Source: an uncultured beta proteobacterium
GTDB lineage: Bacteria; Pseudomonadota; Gammaproteobacteria; Burkholderiales; JAEUMW01
Assembly (NCBI GenBank): GCA_963747225.1
Contig: CAVVES010000018.1
Span: forward strand, 257,346 to 321,345
Reading direction: 5' to 3'
Length of the DNA: 64,000 nt
The translations under genes were made by a program, and so were the position numbers. The notes beneath the pieces are model-generated. The model was not told the DNA's origin and made no database searches. It saw only the letters and a list, made by a program, of their open reading frames with translations. This document shows, one piece after another, positions 1-10,589 of this stretch (positions are counted from its first letter, which is position 1; each line of letters opens with the position of its first letter).

Positions 1-1455
1 GAGTTCCTTCTGCGTCGCCTCGCTGTATTCGATGAACGGTGAGCGCAATGGTCGTGGCGTCGCGATCTCGCGCAGCAGTTCATCGATCCGCTGCTCCTCG
101 TCGAGCTCTCCGTAGCGCATGACGCTCGAGCGCGCGAAGAGCTCCACAACGACGGCCTCGTGCACCCCCGAGTGCTGCCGCATGTCGAGCGTGGCGAGGT
201 GGAACCCGAACACGTCCACCGCGCGAAGCAGGGTTCGCAGGCGGCCGTTCGCGATGCGGCTGGCGCTGTGATTGCGCAAGGAGGCGGCGATGACATCCAG
301 ATCCCTTATGAACTCCACGGGTTCCGCGTAGGGGGTTGCATCCCCGACGGGCTTGGGGTCCGGCGTGAACTGGACCAACTCATAAGCCGTGGCGGCAAGA
401 CGCGCGTAGATCCCGGTGAGCGCCTTCCGATAGGGCTCGTCTGCACGATGGTCCGAGGTGTCGGGCGATTCGGCGGCGAGTTGTTCGACCTCTGGGCTCA
501 CGGTCACGAGCCGCCGCGACATGCTCAGCTCCGCCCCGAGGGCATGGGTCTGCCGCAGGTAATAGTCGAAGGCCACCGTCGCGTGGCGCTTCATCGCATG
601 GCGCGTCACTTCATGGGTGACGTAGGGATTGCCGTCGCGATCTCCTCCGATCCAGCTTCCCATCCGCAGCACGGACGGCATGGCTGGCGGAGCCGTGGAC
701 CACGCCGTCGCGAGCTGATCCTCGAGTTCGGCGTACAAGCGCGGAATCTCCCGCAGGAAGGTGTCCTCGTAATAGGCAAGGCCGTTCTCGATTTCGTCGG
801 CAACCGTGAGTCGCACGGAGCGCAGCACCCGCGTCTGCCAGAGGGACAGCACGTTGCGGCGGATTGCATCCTCGTTTCTCGCCTGCTCCTCAGGGGTCAG
901 TTGTACGCGGTCGCGCTCCAAGAGCAACCGCGCGAGCTCGCGCTGGCGGTTGAGGACGGCACGGCGCTGAACTTCGGTGGGATGCGCGGTGAGTACCGGC
1001 GTGATCACCGCCGTCTCGAAAAATTTCTGCACGTCATCGACGCTGAAGCCAGCCTCGGTCGCACGGCGCAGCGCCAGAGCAAGCGAGCCTTCCTGCGGCG
1101 GGCAATCCGCCCTCTGCTCGATGCGGCGACGGCGGTTGTGGTGAAGATCCTCGGCAATGTTTGCGAGCTGCGAAAACAGCGTGAACGCACGGGCGACCTC
1201 GATGATCTGCGCGTGGGAAAGCCCCGAAAGCATCGTCTCCAGCTCACGCTTTGCGGACGGTTCCCGGTCGCGCCGAAACCGGATCGCCGTCTGCCGGATG
1301 CCCTCGATGAGCGCGAAAGCGTTCTCGCCATGCTGCTCGCGCAGCGTGTCACCCAGCACGCGGCCGAGCAGGCGGATGTCCTCGCGCAGCGGGGCGTCTT
1401 TGTCGGATTCCGCCACGGCGGCTACCGGGCTGGCAGCGCTGATCTGGTCATTCAT
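1..1455 (-). CDS. ppc: phosphoenolpyruvate carboxylase, N-terminal 485 codons (3' end lies beyond the window edge)
   Basis: Own minus-strand translation from the ATG at complement 1453-1455: MNDQISAAS... It carries the PEPC signatures VLTAHPTEVQRR and GSWIGGDRDGNP. It is absent from the ORF track because it runs off position 1. Its antisense shadow explains the open + frame 160-1587. Confidence 0.9.
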   Translation of the reverse strand, partial: MNDQISAASPVAAVAESDKDAPLREDIRLLGRVLGDTLREQHGENAFALIEGIRQTAIRFRRDREPSAKRELETMLSGLSHAQIIEVARAFTLFSQLANIAEDLHHNRRRRIEQRADCPPQEGSLALALRRATEAGFSVDDVQKFFETAVITPVLTAHPTEVQRRAVLNRQRELARLLLERDRVQLTPEEQARNEDAIRRNVLSLWQTRVLRSVRLTVADEIENGLAYYEDTFLREIPRLYAELEDQLATAWSTAPPAMPSVLRMGSWIGGDRDGNPYVTHEVTRHAMKRHATVAFDYYLRQTHALGAELSMSRRLVTVSPEVEQLAAESPDTSDHRADEPYRKALTGIYARLAATAYELVQFTPDPKPVGDATPYAEPVEFIRDLDVIAASLRNHSASRIANGRLRTLLRAVDVFGFHLATLDMRQHSGVHEAVVVELFARSSVMRYGELDEEQRIDELLREIATPRPLRSPFIEYSEATQKEL

Positions 1456-1587
1456 TCTGGCTCCCCATGGGCCGAGGACCTGCATCTTCGGATGGCGGTC
1501 GTCGACGCGAAGACGTTGACGCATTGGTGTCCGGCGTTGACGCGTGAGCGGCCCTCAGGGCCTTCGGACACCTCGAAGAAGGGGCAC

Positions 1588-2619
1588 ATGCTAGAATCGC
1601 CGCAGTCATTGCGGCGTTCCTCGCGCCCCAGAGTGGCTCTTCAGACAACAGAGAGAAGTGGTTTGAGCAGCAGCCCACCCGGAATCGGACACGCTCCGCG
1701 GCGCATCGTCATCGCCACCCGGGAGAGCCCCCTTGCACTTTGGCAGGCACGCCATGTTCAGGAGAACCTGAGGCGATTATACCCAGAAAGCGAGATCGCC
1801 CTTCTCGGAATGACCACAGAAGGAGACCGCGAGCTGGATACTTCGCTCGCAAAGATCGGCGGTAAGGGTCTCTTCGTGAAGGAGCTCGAAACCGCACTGG
1901 AAACCGGCGTGGCGGACATTGCCGTGCATTCGATGAAGGACGTGCCGATGACGCTCGCTCCGGGCTTCACCATCGCCGCCGTCAGTGAACGCGAAGACCC
2001 GCGCGACGCGCTCGTCTCCGCTCGATGCGTCCGCCTCTCGGCCCTCGCGGCACGGGCGGTGGTCGGCACTTCCAGTCTGCGGCGCGAAAGTCAGATCCGG
2101 GCGCGCTATCCGGCCCTCGACGTGGCGCCGCTTCGTGGCAACGTGCAGACGCGCCTGCGCAAGCTTGACGAAGGGCAGTTCGACGCCATCATTCTCGCGG
2201 CTGCCGGTCTCAAGCGCCTCGGACTCCAGCATCGCATCGCCGGCCTGATTCCAGTCGACGAGAGCATTCCAGCGGTGGGGCAGGGAGCGCTGGGTATCGA
2301 GTGTCGAGAGGATCGTCAGGATATGGTGGCGGCGGTCGCTCCGCTGAACGACGATGCAACGGAGCGGTGCGTGCGCGCCGAACGAACCATGAGCCGTGCG
2401 CTAGCCGGCAGTTGCAACGTTCCCATCGGCGGGTTCGCCCGTCTTGAGGCGGGACGCATTCACATGACCGGCTTCGTCGCGCAACCCGACGGGAGCAGAT
2501 ATTTATCCGCGCGTGCGGATGGCGGCGTGGATGCTCCTGAGCGGCTTGGCGAAGCGGTCGCCCGTGAGCTCTACCGGCGCGGAGCCGCCGAGATTCTTGC
2601 GCGCCTTGCGAACGCATGA
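1588..2619 (+). CDS. hemC: porphobilinogen deaminase (hydroxymethylbilane synthase)
   Basis: C-terminal part of ORF 160..2619: RRIVIATRESPLALWQARHV..., GGKGLFVKELE, HSMKDVP. Start is uncertain (ATG 1588 or in-frame TTG 1663). Confidence 0.9.
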   Translation: MLESPQSLRRSSRPRVALQTTERSGLSSSPPGIGHAPRRIVIATRESPLALWQARHVQENLRRLYPESEIALLGMTTEGDRELDTSLAKIGGKGLFVKELETALETGVADIAVHSMKDVPMTLAPGFTIAAVSEREDPRDALVSARCVRLSALAARAVVGTSSLRRESQIRARYPALDVAPLRGNVQTRLRKLDEGQFDAIILAAAGLKRLGLQHRIAGLIPVDESIPAVGQGALGIECREDRQDMVAAVAPLNDDATERCVRAERTMSRALAGSCNVPIGGFARLEAGRIHMTGFVAQPDGSRYLSARADGGVDAPERLGEAVARELYRRGAAEILARLANA

Positions 2620-3434
2620 TGGAACCGTGCACAGGCGCACTCGCCGAGCATGGGCTCGAAGGGCGCACGATCCTGGTGACGCGACCCGAGCAGCAAGCGC
2701 GCGCGCTTTCGGACCTCATTCGGGACGCGGGCGGAATCCCTGTGGTGTTTCCCGCGCTCGCGATTCTCGACGTGCCGGATCAGGGGCCGCTGCGGTCCCT
2801 CGTTCGCCGTCTTGCGGACTTCGACCTTGCAATTTTCATCAGCCCGAATGCAGTGATGAAGGCGATGAGCCTGATCGCAGGCCAGGGCGGTTTGCCTCCG
2901 GCGCTGCGCGTTGCGACTATTGGTGCCGGCTCGGCGCGGGAACTGGAGCGCTATGGGGCGAAGCACGTCCTTGTGCCCAGTGAAAGCTTCGACAGCGAAG
3001 CGCTGCTCGACCTGCAGGAGATGCAGGACGTGGCGGGGAAACGTGTGGTGATATTTCGCGGCGAAGGAGGGCGCGAGGTGCTGCACGATGCGCTGGTCGC
3101 GCGCGGCGCGATCGTCGAATACGCGCAATGCTATCGGCGTTCGAAGCCCGGCGGCGACACCGCTGCGCTCGCTGCGATGTGGGCTCGCAACGAGTTGTCC
3201 GGCGTCGTCGTCACGAGCAGCGAGGGATTGCGCAACCTCTACGACATGATCGGCGATTCGGCACGGCTGCACCTGGTTAGCACGCCGCTCTTCGTCCCGC
3301 ATCCGCGCATCGCTGAAACTGGCCGTGATCTCGGCATCGCGCGGATCGTGGTGACCGACCCCGGCGACGCCGGGGTCGTGCGCAGCATGATCGACTGGTG
3401 GCGTACGCGCCACTTCCCGAACGCCGATGGTTGA
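2616..3434 (+). CDS. hemD: uroporphyrinogen-III synthase
   Basis: 272 aa, TILVTRPEQQARALSDLIRDAGG..., ATGA overlap with the hemC stop, position within hemCDXY. Confidence 0.8.
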   Translation: MMEPCTGALAEHGLEGRTILVTRPEQQARALSDLIRDAGGIPVVFPALAILDVPDQGPLRSLVRRLADFDLAIFISPNAVMKAMSLIAGQGGLPPALRVATIGAGSARELERYGAKHVLVPSESFDSEALLDLQEMQDVAGKRVVIFRGEGGREVLHDALVARGAIVEYAQCYRRSKPGGDTAALAAMWARNELSGVVVTSSEGLRNLYDMIGDSARLHLVSTPLFVPHPRIAETGRDLGIARIVVTDPGDAGVVRSMIDWWRTRHFPNADG

Positions 3435-4566
3435 CAAGGCAATGGAAGAGCCGGCACCACAGCCCCAGCCACCGGTTACCACGCCAGGTGAAGCAGCGTT
3501 GCCGGTCAATCAGCGCGTGGGGCGTTCTCCCTACAGCGCGGTCGCCCTCACCCTGGCAGCGCTCGCGCTGGCACTCCTCGCGTGGCATTGGCTCGACGCT
3601 CGCAGTGAGCAGCAGTCCCTGCGTCAGGAGCTCGCGCGGCGTCTTTCCCAGATGGAGGCGCAGAACCGCGAAGCGCGCGTGATCGCCGCGCAGGCCCAGG
3701 ACGGCGCACGTGACCTCCAGGTGAAGATCGGTGTGCTCGACGACAATCTGACCCGATCCCAGAACCAGCAGGTCGCCCTCGAAGCGCTATACCAGGAGCT
3801 TTCACGGAGCCGCGACGACTGGTCGCTGGCGGAGATCGAACAGATTCTGCTCATCGCATCTCAGCAACTGCAGCTTGCCGCCGACGTGCGCTCGGCGCTG
3901 ATCGCGCTTCACACAGCGGACAACCGCCTGCAGCGTGCCGACAAGCCGCAGCTCATTCCTTTGCGCAAGGTCATCGCCAAGGATATCGAACGCCTCAAGG
4001 CTGTGCCTTACGTGGATACCGTCGGCATCAGCGTCAAGCTCGATACCATTCTTGCCCAGGTCGACGGACTGCCGCTCGCAATGGAAGTGCGTCCGGCTGA
4101 ACACACCACCGCTCCCGAATTACCGCCCGACGAATCGGCGTGGCGGCGCGTGCTGCGCGAAGCGTGGACCGACTTCAAGCAGATGGTTCGCCTGCAGAAG
4201 CTCGACAAGCGCGAGGTGCCCCTCCTCGCGCCGGAGCAGGCGTACTTCGCGCGCGAGAATCTGAAGCTGCGCCTTCTCTCTGCGCGGATCGCCCTGCTGC
4301 AAAGGGACCAGGGAACCTATCGCGCCGATATCAAGGCGGCGCGAGACTGGCTGAACCGCTACTTCGACACCCGGAGCGCGGCGGTGACCAACGTGCTCGC
4401 GACCTTGCGCGAGCTCGCAGAAAGTCCCGTGAACATCGAACTGCCCGATATCGCGGAGAGCCTGGAAGCCGTGCGCAACTTCAAGCTCGCGCGGCGCGAG
4501 GGCGTCAAGGAGGCGGCAGAGGCTCCGGCGCCCTCTGCCCCGCGTCGGGGGAGCCGGAGCCGATGA
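3427..4566 (+). CDS. hemX: HemX-like membrane protein (uroporphyrin-III C-methyltransferase-like)
   Basis: 379 aa with one N-terminal hydrophobic segment (AVALTLAALALALLAW) followed by a long coiled-coil-like region. Sits in the conserved hemD-hemX-hemY position and overlaps both neighbours. Confidence 0.6.
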   Translation: MVDKAMEEPAPQPQPPVTTPGEAALPVNQRVGRSPYSAVALTLAALALALLAWHWLDARSEQQSLRQELARRLSQMEAQNREARVIAAQAQDGARDLQVKIGVLDDNLTRSQNQQVALEALYQELSRSRDDWSLAEIEQILLIASQQLQLAADVRSALIALHTADNRLQRADKPQLIPLRKVIAKDIERLKAVPYVDTVGISVKLDTILAQVDGLPLAMEVRPAEHTTAPELPPDESAWRRVLREAWTDFKQMVRLQKLDKREVPLLAPEQAYFARENLKLRLLSARIALLQRDQGTYRADIKAARDWLNRYFDTRSAAVTNVLATLRELAESPVNIELPDIAESLEAVRNFKLARREGVKEAAEAPAPSAPRRGSRSR

Positions 4567-5771
4567 AGGCACTGCTCTGGCTGCTGGCGCTGGCTGCGCT
4601 GGCGGTCGGCCTGACCGTGGCCTCCCGTTACTCGAGCGGCTACGTGCTCGTCGTCGTGCCGCCGTATCGGGCGGAGATTTCGATCAATCTGCTGGTGCTG
4701 CTGCTGATCGCAGGTTACCTGCTCTTCTACCTGATCACGCGGTTCGTCGCGGCGGCGGTGCGGATGCCGGAACAGGTGCGGGAGTACCGTGAGCAGCGTC
4801 GCCAGGAGCGGGGGCGGCGCGCGCTGAACGAAGCGGTCGGCGCGCTCTTCGTCGGCCGTTTCGCGCGGGCGGAGAAGTCGGCGGTCGAGGCCTACCAGCT
4901 CGGAGAGTCGCCGACGCTTTCCGCAGTGGTGGCAGCGCGCGCCGCCCACGAGCTGCGGGCGTTCGACAAACGCGACGACTATCTCGCGCACGCAGCCGAA
5001 GCGAAGTCGGGCGACCGCGATCTGGCTCTCGTCGCGCGCGCCGAGCTCCTCGCCGAGCAGCAGCGCTTCGACGAGGGGCTCGAATCCCTGCGCGGCGTGC
5101 AGCACCGGCATCCGGCGGTGCTCAAGCTCGAGCTGAAACTGCAGCAGCGACTGAAGAACTGGGACCGGGTGCTGCAGCTTGCATCGAGTCTCGGCAAGCG
5201 CGGTGCGTTCGATGCGCTGCGCGTTCAGCAGATCAGCCGCAATGCCCACATCGAGAATCTGCGCCGGCGCACGCTGGACGCTTCGGCGCTCCGGGACTAC
5301 TGGCAGAAGATGCCGGAAGAGGAGCGCAAGGACACCAAGATCGCTTCCGTCGGCGCACAGGCGTTCATCGCGCTGGGAGCGTGCCACGATGCACATCAGA
5401 TCGTCGAGGAAAGTCTCGCGGAGAGCTGGGACAGCGACCTCGTCGCCCTGTACGGCGAATGCCTGGGGAGCGATGTGCACAACCAGATCGAACGGGCGGA
5501 GAAATGGCTGCCCGACCATTCCGGAGATGCCATCCTGCTGCTTACGCTGGGGCGCCTCTGCGCGCGGCAGGGGCTGTGGGGAAAGGCGGAAAGCTACCTG
5601 GAAGCGAGCCTCTCCGTGGAGCAGAGCTATTCGGCTTACCTCGCCCTGGCGGATCTCAAGGAAAAACGCGGCCAGCATCAGGCCGCTGCGGAACACTACC
5701 GCAACGGACTGAACCTCGTGCTGTCCCAGGTCAAGTCGAACACCGGTGGTCGCCGGCGTACCGTGGTGTAA
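4563..5771 (+). CDS. hemY: HemY-like membrane/TPR protein
   Basis: Internal ATG of ORF 4140..5771 overlapping the hemX stop. MKALLWLLALAALAVGL... with two N-terminal TM segments and a TPR-like C-terminus. Confidence 0.7.
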   Translation: MKALLWLLALAALAVGLTVASRYSSGYVLVVVPPYRAEISINLLVLLLIAGYLLFYLITRFVAAAVRMPEQVREYREQRRQERGRRALNEAVGALFVGRFARAEKSAVEAYQLGESPTLSAVVAARAAHELRAFDKRDDYLAHAAEAKSGDRDLALVARAELLAEQQRFDEGLESLRGVQHRHPAVLKLELKLQQRLKNWDRVLQLASSLGKRGAFDALRVQQISRNAHIENLRRRTLDASALRDYWQKMPEEERKDTKIASVGAQAFIALGACHDAHQIVEESLAESWDSDLVALYGECLGSDVHNQIERAEKWLPDHSGDAILLLTLGRLCARQGLWGKAESYLEASLSVEQSYSAYLALADLKEKRGQHQAAAEHYRNGLNLVLSQVKSNTGGRRRTVV

Positions 5772-5783
5772 CGGAACGAAGCG

Positions 5784-6827
5784 TCAGGACTGGCCGGTAC
5801 TCTTCTTCGAGGCGTCGATCGCGGTGGTGAACGCATCGGACAAGAACTCGTCTTCCGGCAGGGCGCATCGCGATGTGAAGTCCCGGTGCGCCGCTTCTAC
5901 CATCACCGGAGCGCCGCAGGCGTAAACCTGGTACCAGGAGAGGTTCGGATGGTCGGCCATGACCGCCTCGTGGACCAATCCAGTGCGACCCTCCCATGCG
6001 TCCTCGGGACGTGCTTCGGAAAGCACTGGCACATAGCTGAAATTCGGATGCTCGTCCGCCCACCCGCGGGCGAGGGCATCGAGGTAGAGATCCGGCCGGG
6101 TACGGACGCCCCAGTAGAGCTTCATCGTGCGGTCGATGTGCCGGTGGAACGCGTGTTCGACGATGCTCTTGATCGGCGCAAAGCCGGTGCCACTCGCAAG
6201 AAAGATGATCGGTTTCGAGCTGTCTTCGCGCAGGAAAAACGTGCCGAACGGTCCCTGGAAGCGCAGGATCTCCCGCTCCTTCATCTGGTTGAACACGTAC
6301 GCGGTGAAGGACCCGCCCGGGTAGTGCCGCAGATGCAACTGCAGGTGCTCGTCGTCGTGAGGAGCGTTCGCCATCGAAAAGGCGCGCCGCTTGCCGTCCT
6401 TCAGCAAGATCTCGATGTACTGACCGGCAAGAAACTGCAGGCGCTCATTCGCCGGCAGCCGCAAGTGCATGGCGATGACGTCGGGTGCGAGCCGTTCCAG
6501 CTGCTGCACCCGGCAGGGCAGCATCTTGATCGGAATGTCACGGACCGCACCGATTTCGCGCGCTTCGATGACGAGATCAGACAGCGGCTTGGCCTGGCAG
6601 AAAAGTGCGTAGCCCGCCTCACGGTCGGCATCGCTCAGCGCCGTCGACTGGTAGCGTCCGAAGTCGACTTTTCCATCGAGCACGCGTCCCTTGCATGTTC
6701 CGCATGCACCGTCCCGGCATCCGTACGGCAACGGAAAACTCTGGCGCAACGCCGCCGTGAGCACGGTTTCGTCGGGTTCCACGTCGAACGCGTGGTCACT
6801 GGGTTTGATGATGACACGGCAGGTCAT
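5784..6827 (-). CDS. 2Fe-2S ferredoxin / FNR-type NAD(P)H flavin oxidoreductase (CDP-6-deoxy-delta-3,4-glucoseen reductase-like)
   Basis: MTCRVIIKPS... with plant-type cluster motif CRDGACGTCK, RAFSMAN (RxYS-type FAD site) and ASGTGFAP (NAD site). The start is taken at an internal ATG of ORF 5784..6890. Confidence 0.75.
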   Translation of the reverse strand: MTCRVIIKPSDHAFDVEPDETVLTAALRQSFPLPYGCRDGACGTCKGRVLDGKVDFGRYQSTALSDADREAGYALFCQAKPLSDLVIEAREIGAVRDIPIKMLPCRVQQLERLAPDVIAMHLRLPANERLQFLAGQYIEILLKDGKRRAFSMANAPHDDEHLQLHLRHYPGGSFTAYVFNQMKEREILRFQGPFGTFFLREDSSKPIIFLASGTGFAPIKSIVEHAFHRHIDRTMKLYWGVRTRPDLYLDALARGWADEHPNFSYVPVLSEARPEDAWEGRTGLVHEAVMADHPNLSWYQVYACGAPVMVEAAHRDFTSRCALPEDEFLSDAFTTAIDASKKSTGQS

Positions 6828-6898
6828 GGGGGTCGTTTCTCCACTCGCGCCCGGGCAGGGTTGCCGGAGACCATCGGATCTCCCGTACACTTTGGCCC

Positions 6899-7807
6899 AT
6901 GCGGAGACTGCTGATCGTGGGCTGTGGGGACATCGCGCTGCGGGCGGCTCCGCTTCTCTCCCGACGCTATCGCCTTTACGGCCTGGCGCGTACCACGGAG
7001 CGCAATTCCACGTTGCGCGCCCATCACATTACCCCTGTCCCGGGTGACCTCGACGATCGCCGCAGCCTGCGCCGCATTGCCGGGTTGGCGCACGCGGTTC
7101 TTCACCTCGCTCCCCCGGCAGCGGACAGCCCTCGCGACCGTCGGACCAAACGCTTGCTTGCGGCCCTTGGAAGGGGGCGAAGTTTACCACGCCGCCTCCT
7201 CTACATCAGTACCACGGGGGTCTATGGAGACTGCGCCGGGGCGCGGGTGCCGGAGACGCGGCGCGTCAATCCGCGCACCGATCGTGCGCGCCGGCGGGTC
7301 GATGCGGAACGCCTGCTCCGCGCCTTTCAGCGTCGGACCGGGGTGACGGTTCCGGTCCTGCGGGTGCCCGGGATCTATGCGCGCGAGCGGCTCCCGCTCG
7401 CGCGGCTGGGGGCGGGGACGCCGGCCCTCGACCGCGATCACGACGGCTTTTCGAACCATATCCATGCGGACGATCTGGCGGCGATCTGCGCCGCCGCGCT
7501 GCGCAAGGGACGACCGGGGCGTGTCTACCATGCGGTCGACGAGAGCGAGCTGCGCATGGGCGAATACTTCAACGCGGTCGCCGACGCGTTTGACCTTCCA
7601 CACCCGCCGCGTGTGACCTGGGAGGAAGCTCGAGCGAGCCTCCCGACCGAACTGCTTTCGTTCATGGCCGAGTCGCGCAGGCTGACGCGCGCGCGTTTGC
7701 GCAAGGAACTCGGGGTGCAGCTTCGCTATCCCACGGTGGAAGCCGCGCTCGCTGAATGGCGCCCGACCGACGCTGCGCAAGGCGGGGGGAGCGACGAATG
7801 CCGGTAG
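6899..7807 (+). CDS. NAD(P)-dependent epimerase/dehydratase-type SDR protein
   Basis: 302 aa with N-terminal Rossmann motif LLIVGCGDIALR. Family assignment by general similarity only. Confidence 0.55.
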   Translation: MRRLLIVGCGDIALRAAPLLSRRYRLYGLARTTERNSTLRAHHITPVPGDLDDRRSLRRIAGLAHAVLHLAPPAADSPRDRRTKRLLAALGRGRSLPRRLLYISTTGVYGDCAGARVPETRRVNPRTDRARRRVDAERLLRAFQRRTGVTVPVLRVPGIYARERLPLARLGAGTPALDRDHDGFSNHIHADDLAAICAAALRKGRPGRVYHAVDESELRMGEYFNAVADAFDLPHPPRVTWEEARASLPTELLSFMAESRRLTRARLRKELGVQLRYPTVEAALAEWRPTDAAQGGGSDECR

Positions 7808-7832
7808 AATCCGCTGTTTTTCGATTTCAGCC

Positions 7833-8159
7833 ATGGATGCCATCCTGATCTTCACCAACCTGCCGGACCGGGACAGCGCGCTCGGCCTTGCCCGGGAACT
7901 CATCGCGGCGCGCGTTGCGGCGTGCGTGAACGTGCTCGGTGGCTGCACTTCGGTTTATCGCTGGAAAGGCGAGACGGAAACGGCCGACGAGGTGCCCCTC
8001 CTGATCAAGACGCGCGCGTCCCTCTATGCCGCGGTCGAGCGAATGATCAGGGAACGTCATCCCTACGAGCTTCCCGAGATCATCGCGGTCCCCCTCGGCA
8101 ACGGATTGCCGGCCTACCTGGACTGGCTGCAGGCCGAGACCACGGACTTGCCGGCGTAG
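7833..8159 (+). CDS. cutA: divalent-cation tolerance protein CutA
   Basis: 108 aa, AACVNVLGGCTSVYRWKGETE...LLIKT, directly upstream of dsbD as in many proteobacteria. Confidence 0.85.
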   Translation: MDAILIFTNLPDRDSALGLARELIAARVAACVNVLGGCTSVYRWKGETETADEVPLLIKTRASLYAAVERMIRERHPYELPEIIAVPLGNGLPAYLDWLQAETTDLPA

Positions 8160-8178
8160 ATCACCTGCCTCGCTCCGA

Positions 8179-10053
8179 ATGCGTCTTCCCCGCCTCTTTC
8201 TGCTCCTCATTCTGCTCTCCTGCGCGTTTGCCGCAAACGCGCAGGTTCAGACGACTCCTCTGCCCACGCGTGCCGCCACCGATCGCTCCGTCGATGGAAA
8301 GGACATGCTTCCATCGTTCGGTGCGCGCGGCCAGTCACAGAACGACTTCCTACCTCCGGATCAGGCGTTTCGAGTCGAGGCGACGCTGCGCGACCCAACG
8401 TCGGCCATTGTTCGCTTCACGCCGGCGGAAGGCTACTACCTGTACAAGGACAAGCTGGCGTTCCGGGTCGACACTCCCACGAGTCTGCATGCCGGCGCGG
8501 TCGAACTGCCTGCGGCGGAGTCCAAGAACGACCCCACTTTCGGGCCGACCGCGGTGTATCACGTACCCTTCGACGCCGTCGTTCCCCTCGTCCACGATCG
8601 GGACGGCATCCACAGCGCCCTGCTTTCTGTGGACTATCAGGGCTGCGCGGATCAGGGTCTTTGCTACGTGCCGATGTCGAAGACTTTCAACCTCGATCTG
8701 AAGAAGGTCGCTGCGGTCGCGGTCGCACCGGCCTACGTCGAGGCGGCCGACCGTGCGGAGGACAGCCGCATCGCAAGCGCGCTCAGGAGCGGAGGACTCT
8801 GGGCAGCGATCGCGGCGTTCCTGGGATTCGGGTTGCTTCTCGCATTCACGCCCTGCGTGTTTCCGCTGATCCCCATTCTGTCCGGCATCATCGCCGGGCA
8901 GGACCATGCGAAGCTCAACCACGCGCGCGGCTTCACGCTCGCGCTTGCCTATGTGCTCGGCATGGCGCTTACCTACGCCGCCGCCGGGGTGGCCGCCGGC
9001 CTGTCGGGCGCGATGCTGTCGGCTGCGTTTCAGAACCCCTGGGTGATCGGGACCTTCGCGGCGATCTTCGTCGGACTCGCACTCTCCATGTTCGGCTTTT
9101 ACGAGCTTCAGCTGCCCACCTTCCTTCAGAGCAAGCTCGCCGCAGAGGCAAACCGCCTGCACGGCGGTCACTTTACGAGCGTGTTCACCATGGGCGCAGT
9201 GTCCGCGCTGATCGTCGGGCCGTGCGTTGCGCCGCCGCTCGCGGGGGCACTGCTCTACATTTCCCAGACCCGCGATGTGGTGCACGGCGGCGTTGCGCTC
9301 TTTTTCATGGGCTTGGGAATGGGACTGCCGCTGCTCCTCATCGGAGCCACCGGCGGCGCCGTGCTGCCCAAGTCCGGCCCCTGGATGGAATCGGTGAAGC
9401 AGGTGTTCGGGGTCGTGATGGTCGGGATGGCGATCTGGCTGATCTCGCCACTCATTCCTGCAGCGGTTCAGCTTCTCCTCTGGTCGGCGCTGCTGATCTG
9501 CTCGGCGATTTACCTGCATGCGCTCGATCCGCTGCCTCATGGGGCGTCCGGGTTCCGCAAGCTGTGGAAGGGCGTCGGAGTGATCGCACTCCTAATCGGC
9601 GTTTCGCTCTTGATTGGTGCGCTTTCCGGAGGGCGAGATGTTCTGCAGCCCCTCTCGGGCTTGCGCGCGGCAGGTGACGGGGCAAGCAGCAACGGCTTGC
9701 AGTTCGAGCGTGTGCGCAGCGTCGGCGCTCTGGAGGCGCGCCTCGCGCAGGCTCGCGGGCGGCCGGTGCTGCTCGATTTCTACGCGGATTGGTGCGTGTC
9801 CTGCAAGGAGATGGATCACTTCACGTTCAGCGATCAGCGCGTGCGTGCGAGGCTCGACGAATTCGTTCTCCTCCAGGTCGATGTCACGCACAACACCGCC
9901 GAAGACAAAGCGCTCCTGCAGCGGTTCAACCTTTTCGGTCCGCCCGGCTACATCTTCTTCGCGCCGTCCGGGGAAGAGCGGACGAGTCTGCGGGTGACGG
10001 GCTTCAAGCCAGCTGACGAATTCCTCAGCATTCTCGCTCGGGCGAGCGCCTGA
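8179..10053 (+). CDS. dsbD: thiol:disulfide interchange protein DsbD
   Basis: 624 aa: signal peptide, multi-TM core with CVFPLIP and CVAPPL, and a C-terminal thioredoxin domain with WCVSCKEM. Confidence 0.9.
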   Translation: MRLPRLFLLLILLSCAFAANAQVQTTPLPTRAATDRSVDGKDMLPSFGARGQSQNDFLPPDQAFRVEATLRDPTSAIVRFTPAEGYYLYKDKLAFRVDTPTSLHAGAVELPAAESKNDPTFGPTAVYHVPFDAVVPLVHDRDGIHSALLSVDYQGCADQGLCYVPMSKTFNLDLKKVAAVAVAPAYVEAADRAEDSRIASALRSGGLWAAIAAFLGFGLLLAFTPCVFPLIPILSGIIAGQDHAKLNHARGFTLALAYVLGMALTYAAAGVAAGLSGAMLSAAFQNPWVIGTFAAIFVGLALSMFGFYELQLPTFLQSKLAAEANRLHGGHFTSVFTMGAVSALIVGPCVAPPLAGALLYISQTRDVVHGGVALFFMGLGMGLPLLLIGATGGAVLPKSGPWMESVKQVFGVVMVGMAIWLISPLIPAAVQLLLWSALLICSAIYLHALDPLPHGASGFRKLWKGVGVIALLIGVSLLIGALSGGRDVLQPLSGLRAAGDGASSNGLQFERVRSVGALEARLAQARGRPVLLDFYADWCVSCKEMDHFTFSDQRVRARLDEFVLLQVDVTHNTAEDKALLQRFNLFGPPGYIFFAPSGEERTSLRVTGFKPADEFLSILARASA

Positions 10054-10589
10054 TGGACGCACGGGCCCGGCAGCTCGCGCTCGCCGCGTTGATAGCGGTC
10101 GTCGCTGCCGGAGTCGGATTCGCGATCCATGCGTGGTATTTCGGTCGGTCCGCGCAGACTTCCGGCGGCGGAAGCGGCGATGCGCTTCAGGCAACGCTGA
10201 AGGACCTTTCGGGGACGCCGCAACGGCTCGATCAGTGGCGCGGAAAGGTTGTTCTCGTGAACTTCTGGGCGACCTGGTGCGAGCCGTGCCGGAAGGAGAT
10301 ACCAGAATTCGTCCGAATCCAGGAAAAGTACGGCCAGCGTGGGGTCCAGTTCGTGGGGGTTGCCGTCGATGACGCAGCCAAGGTCGCGAGCTTCGTCGAG
10401 GAATTCCACATTAACTATCCCGTGGTGATTGGCGGGCTCGAAGCGCTCGAACTCTCGCGTCGACTCGGCAACCGCTCGGGCGGGCTGCCGTTCACGGTGA
10501 TTTTCGACCGCGCCGGAACACCGGTGAAGACTGAACTTGGCGCGATCGACGAAGCAAAGCTGGTCGGCGAGATCGAGAAAATGCTGTGA
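10053..10589 (+). CDS. TlpA/redoxin-family thiol-disulfide oxidoreductase
   Basis: 178 aa, N-terminal anchor, FWATWCEPCRKEIPEF thioredoxin motif. Confidence 0.75.
   Translation: MDARARQLALAALIAVVAAGVGFAIHAWYFGRSAQTSGGGSGDALQATLKDLSGTPQRLDQWRGKVVLVNFWATWCEPCRKEIPEFVRIQEKYGQRGVQFVGVAVDDAAKVASFVEEFHINYPVVIGGLEALELSRRLGNRSGGLPFTVIFDRAGTPVKTELGAIDEAKLVGEIEKML

Noticed and set aside
160-2619. 819-aa + strand ORF that looks like one very large gene
   Set aside because: Its first approx 476 codons are the antisense shadow of ppc (minus strand, clear PEPC motifs). Only the part from about 1588 is hemC. Open antisense frames are expected at this GC content.
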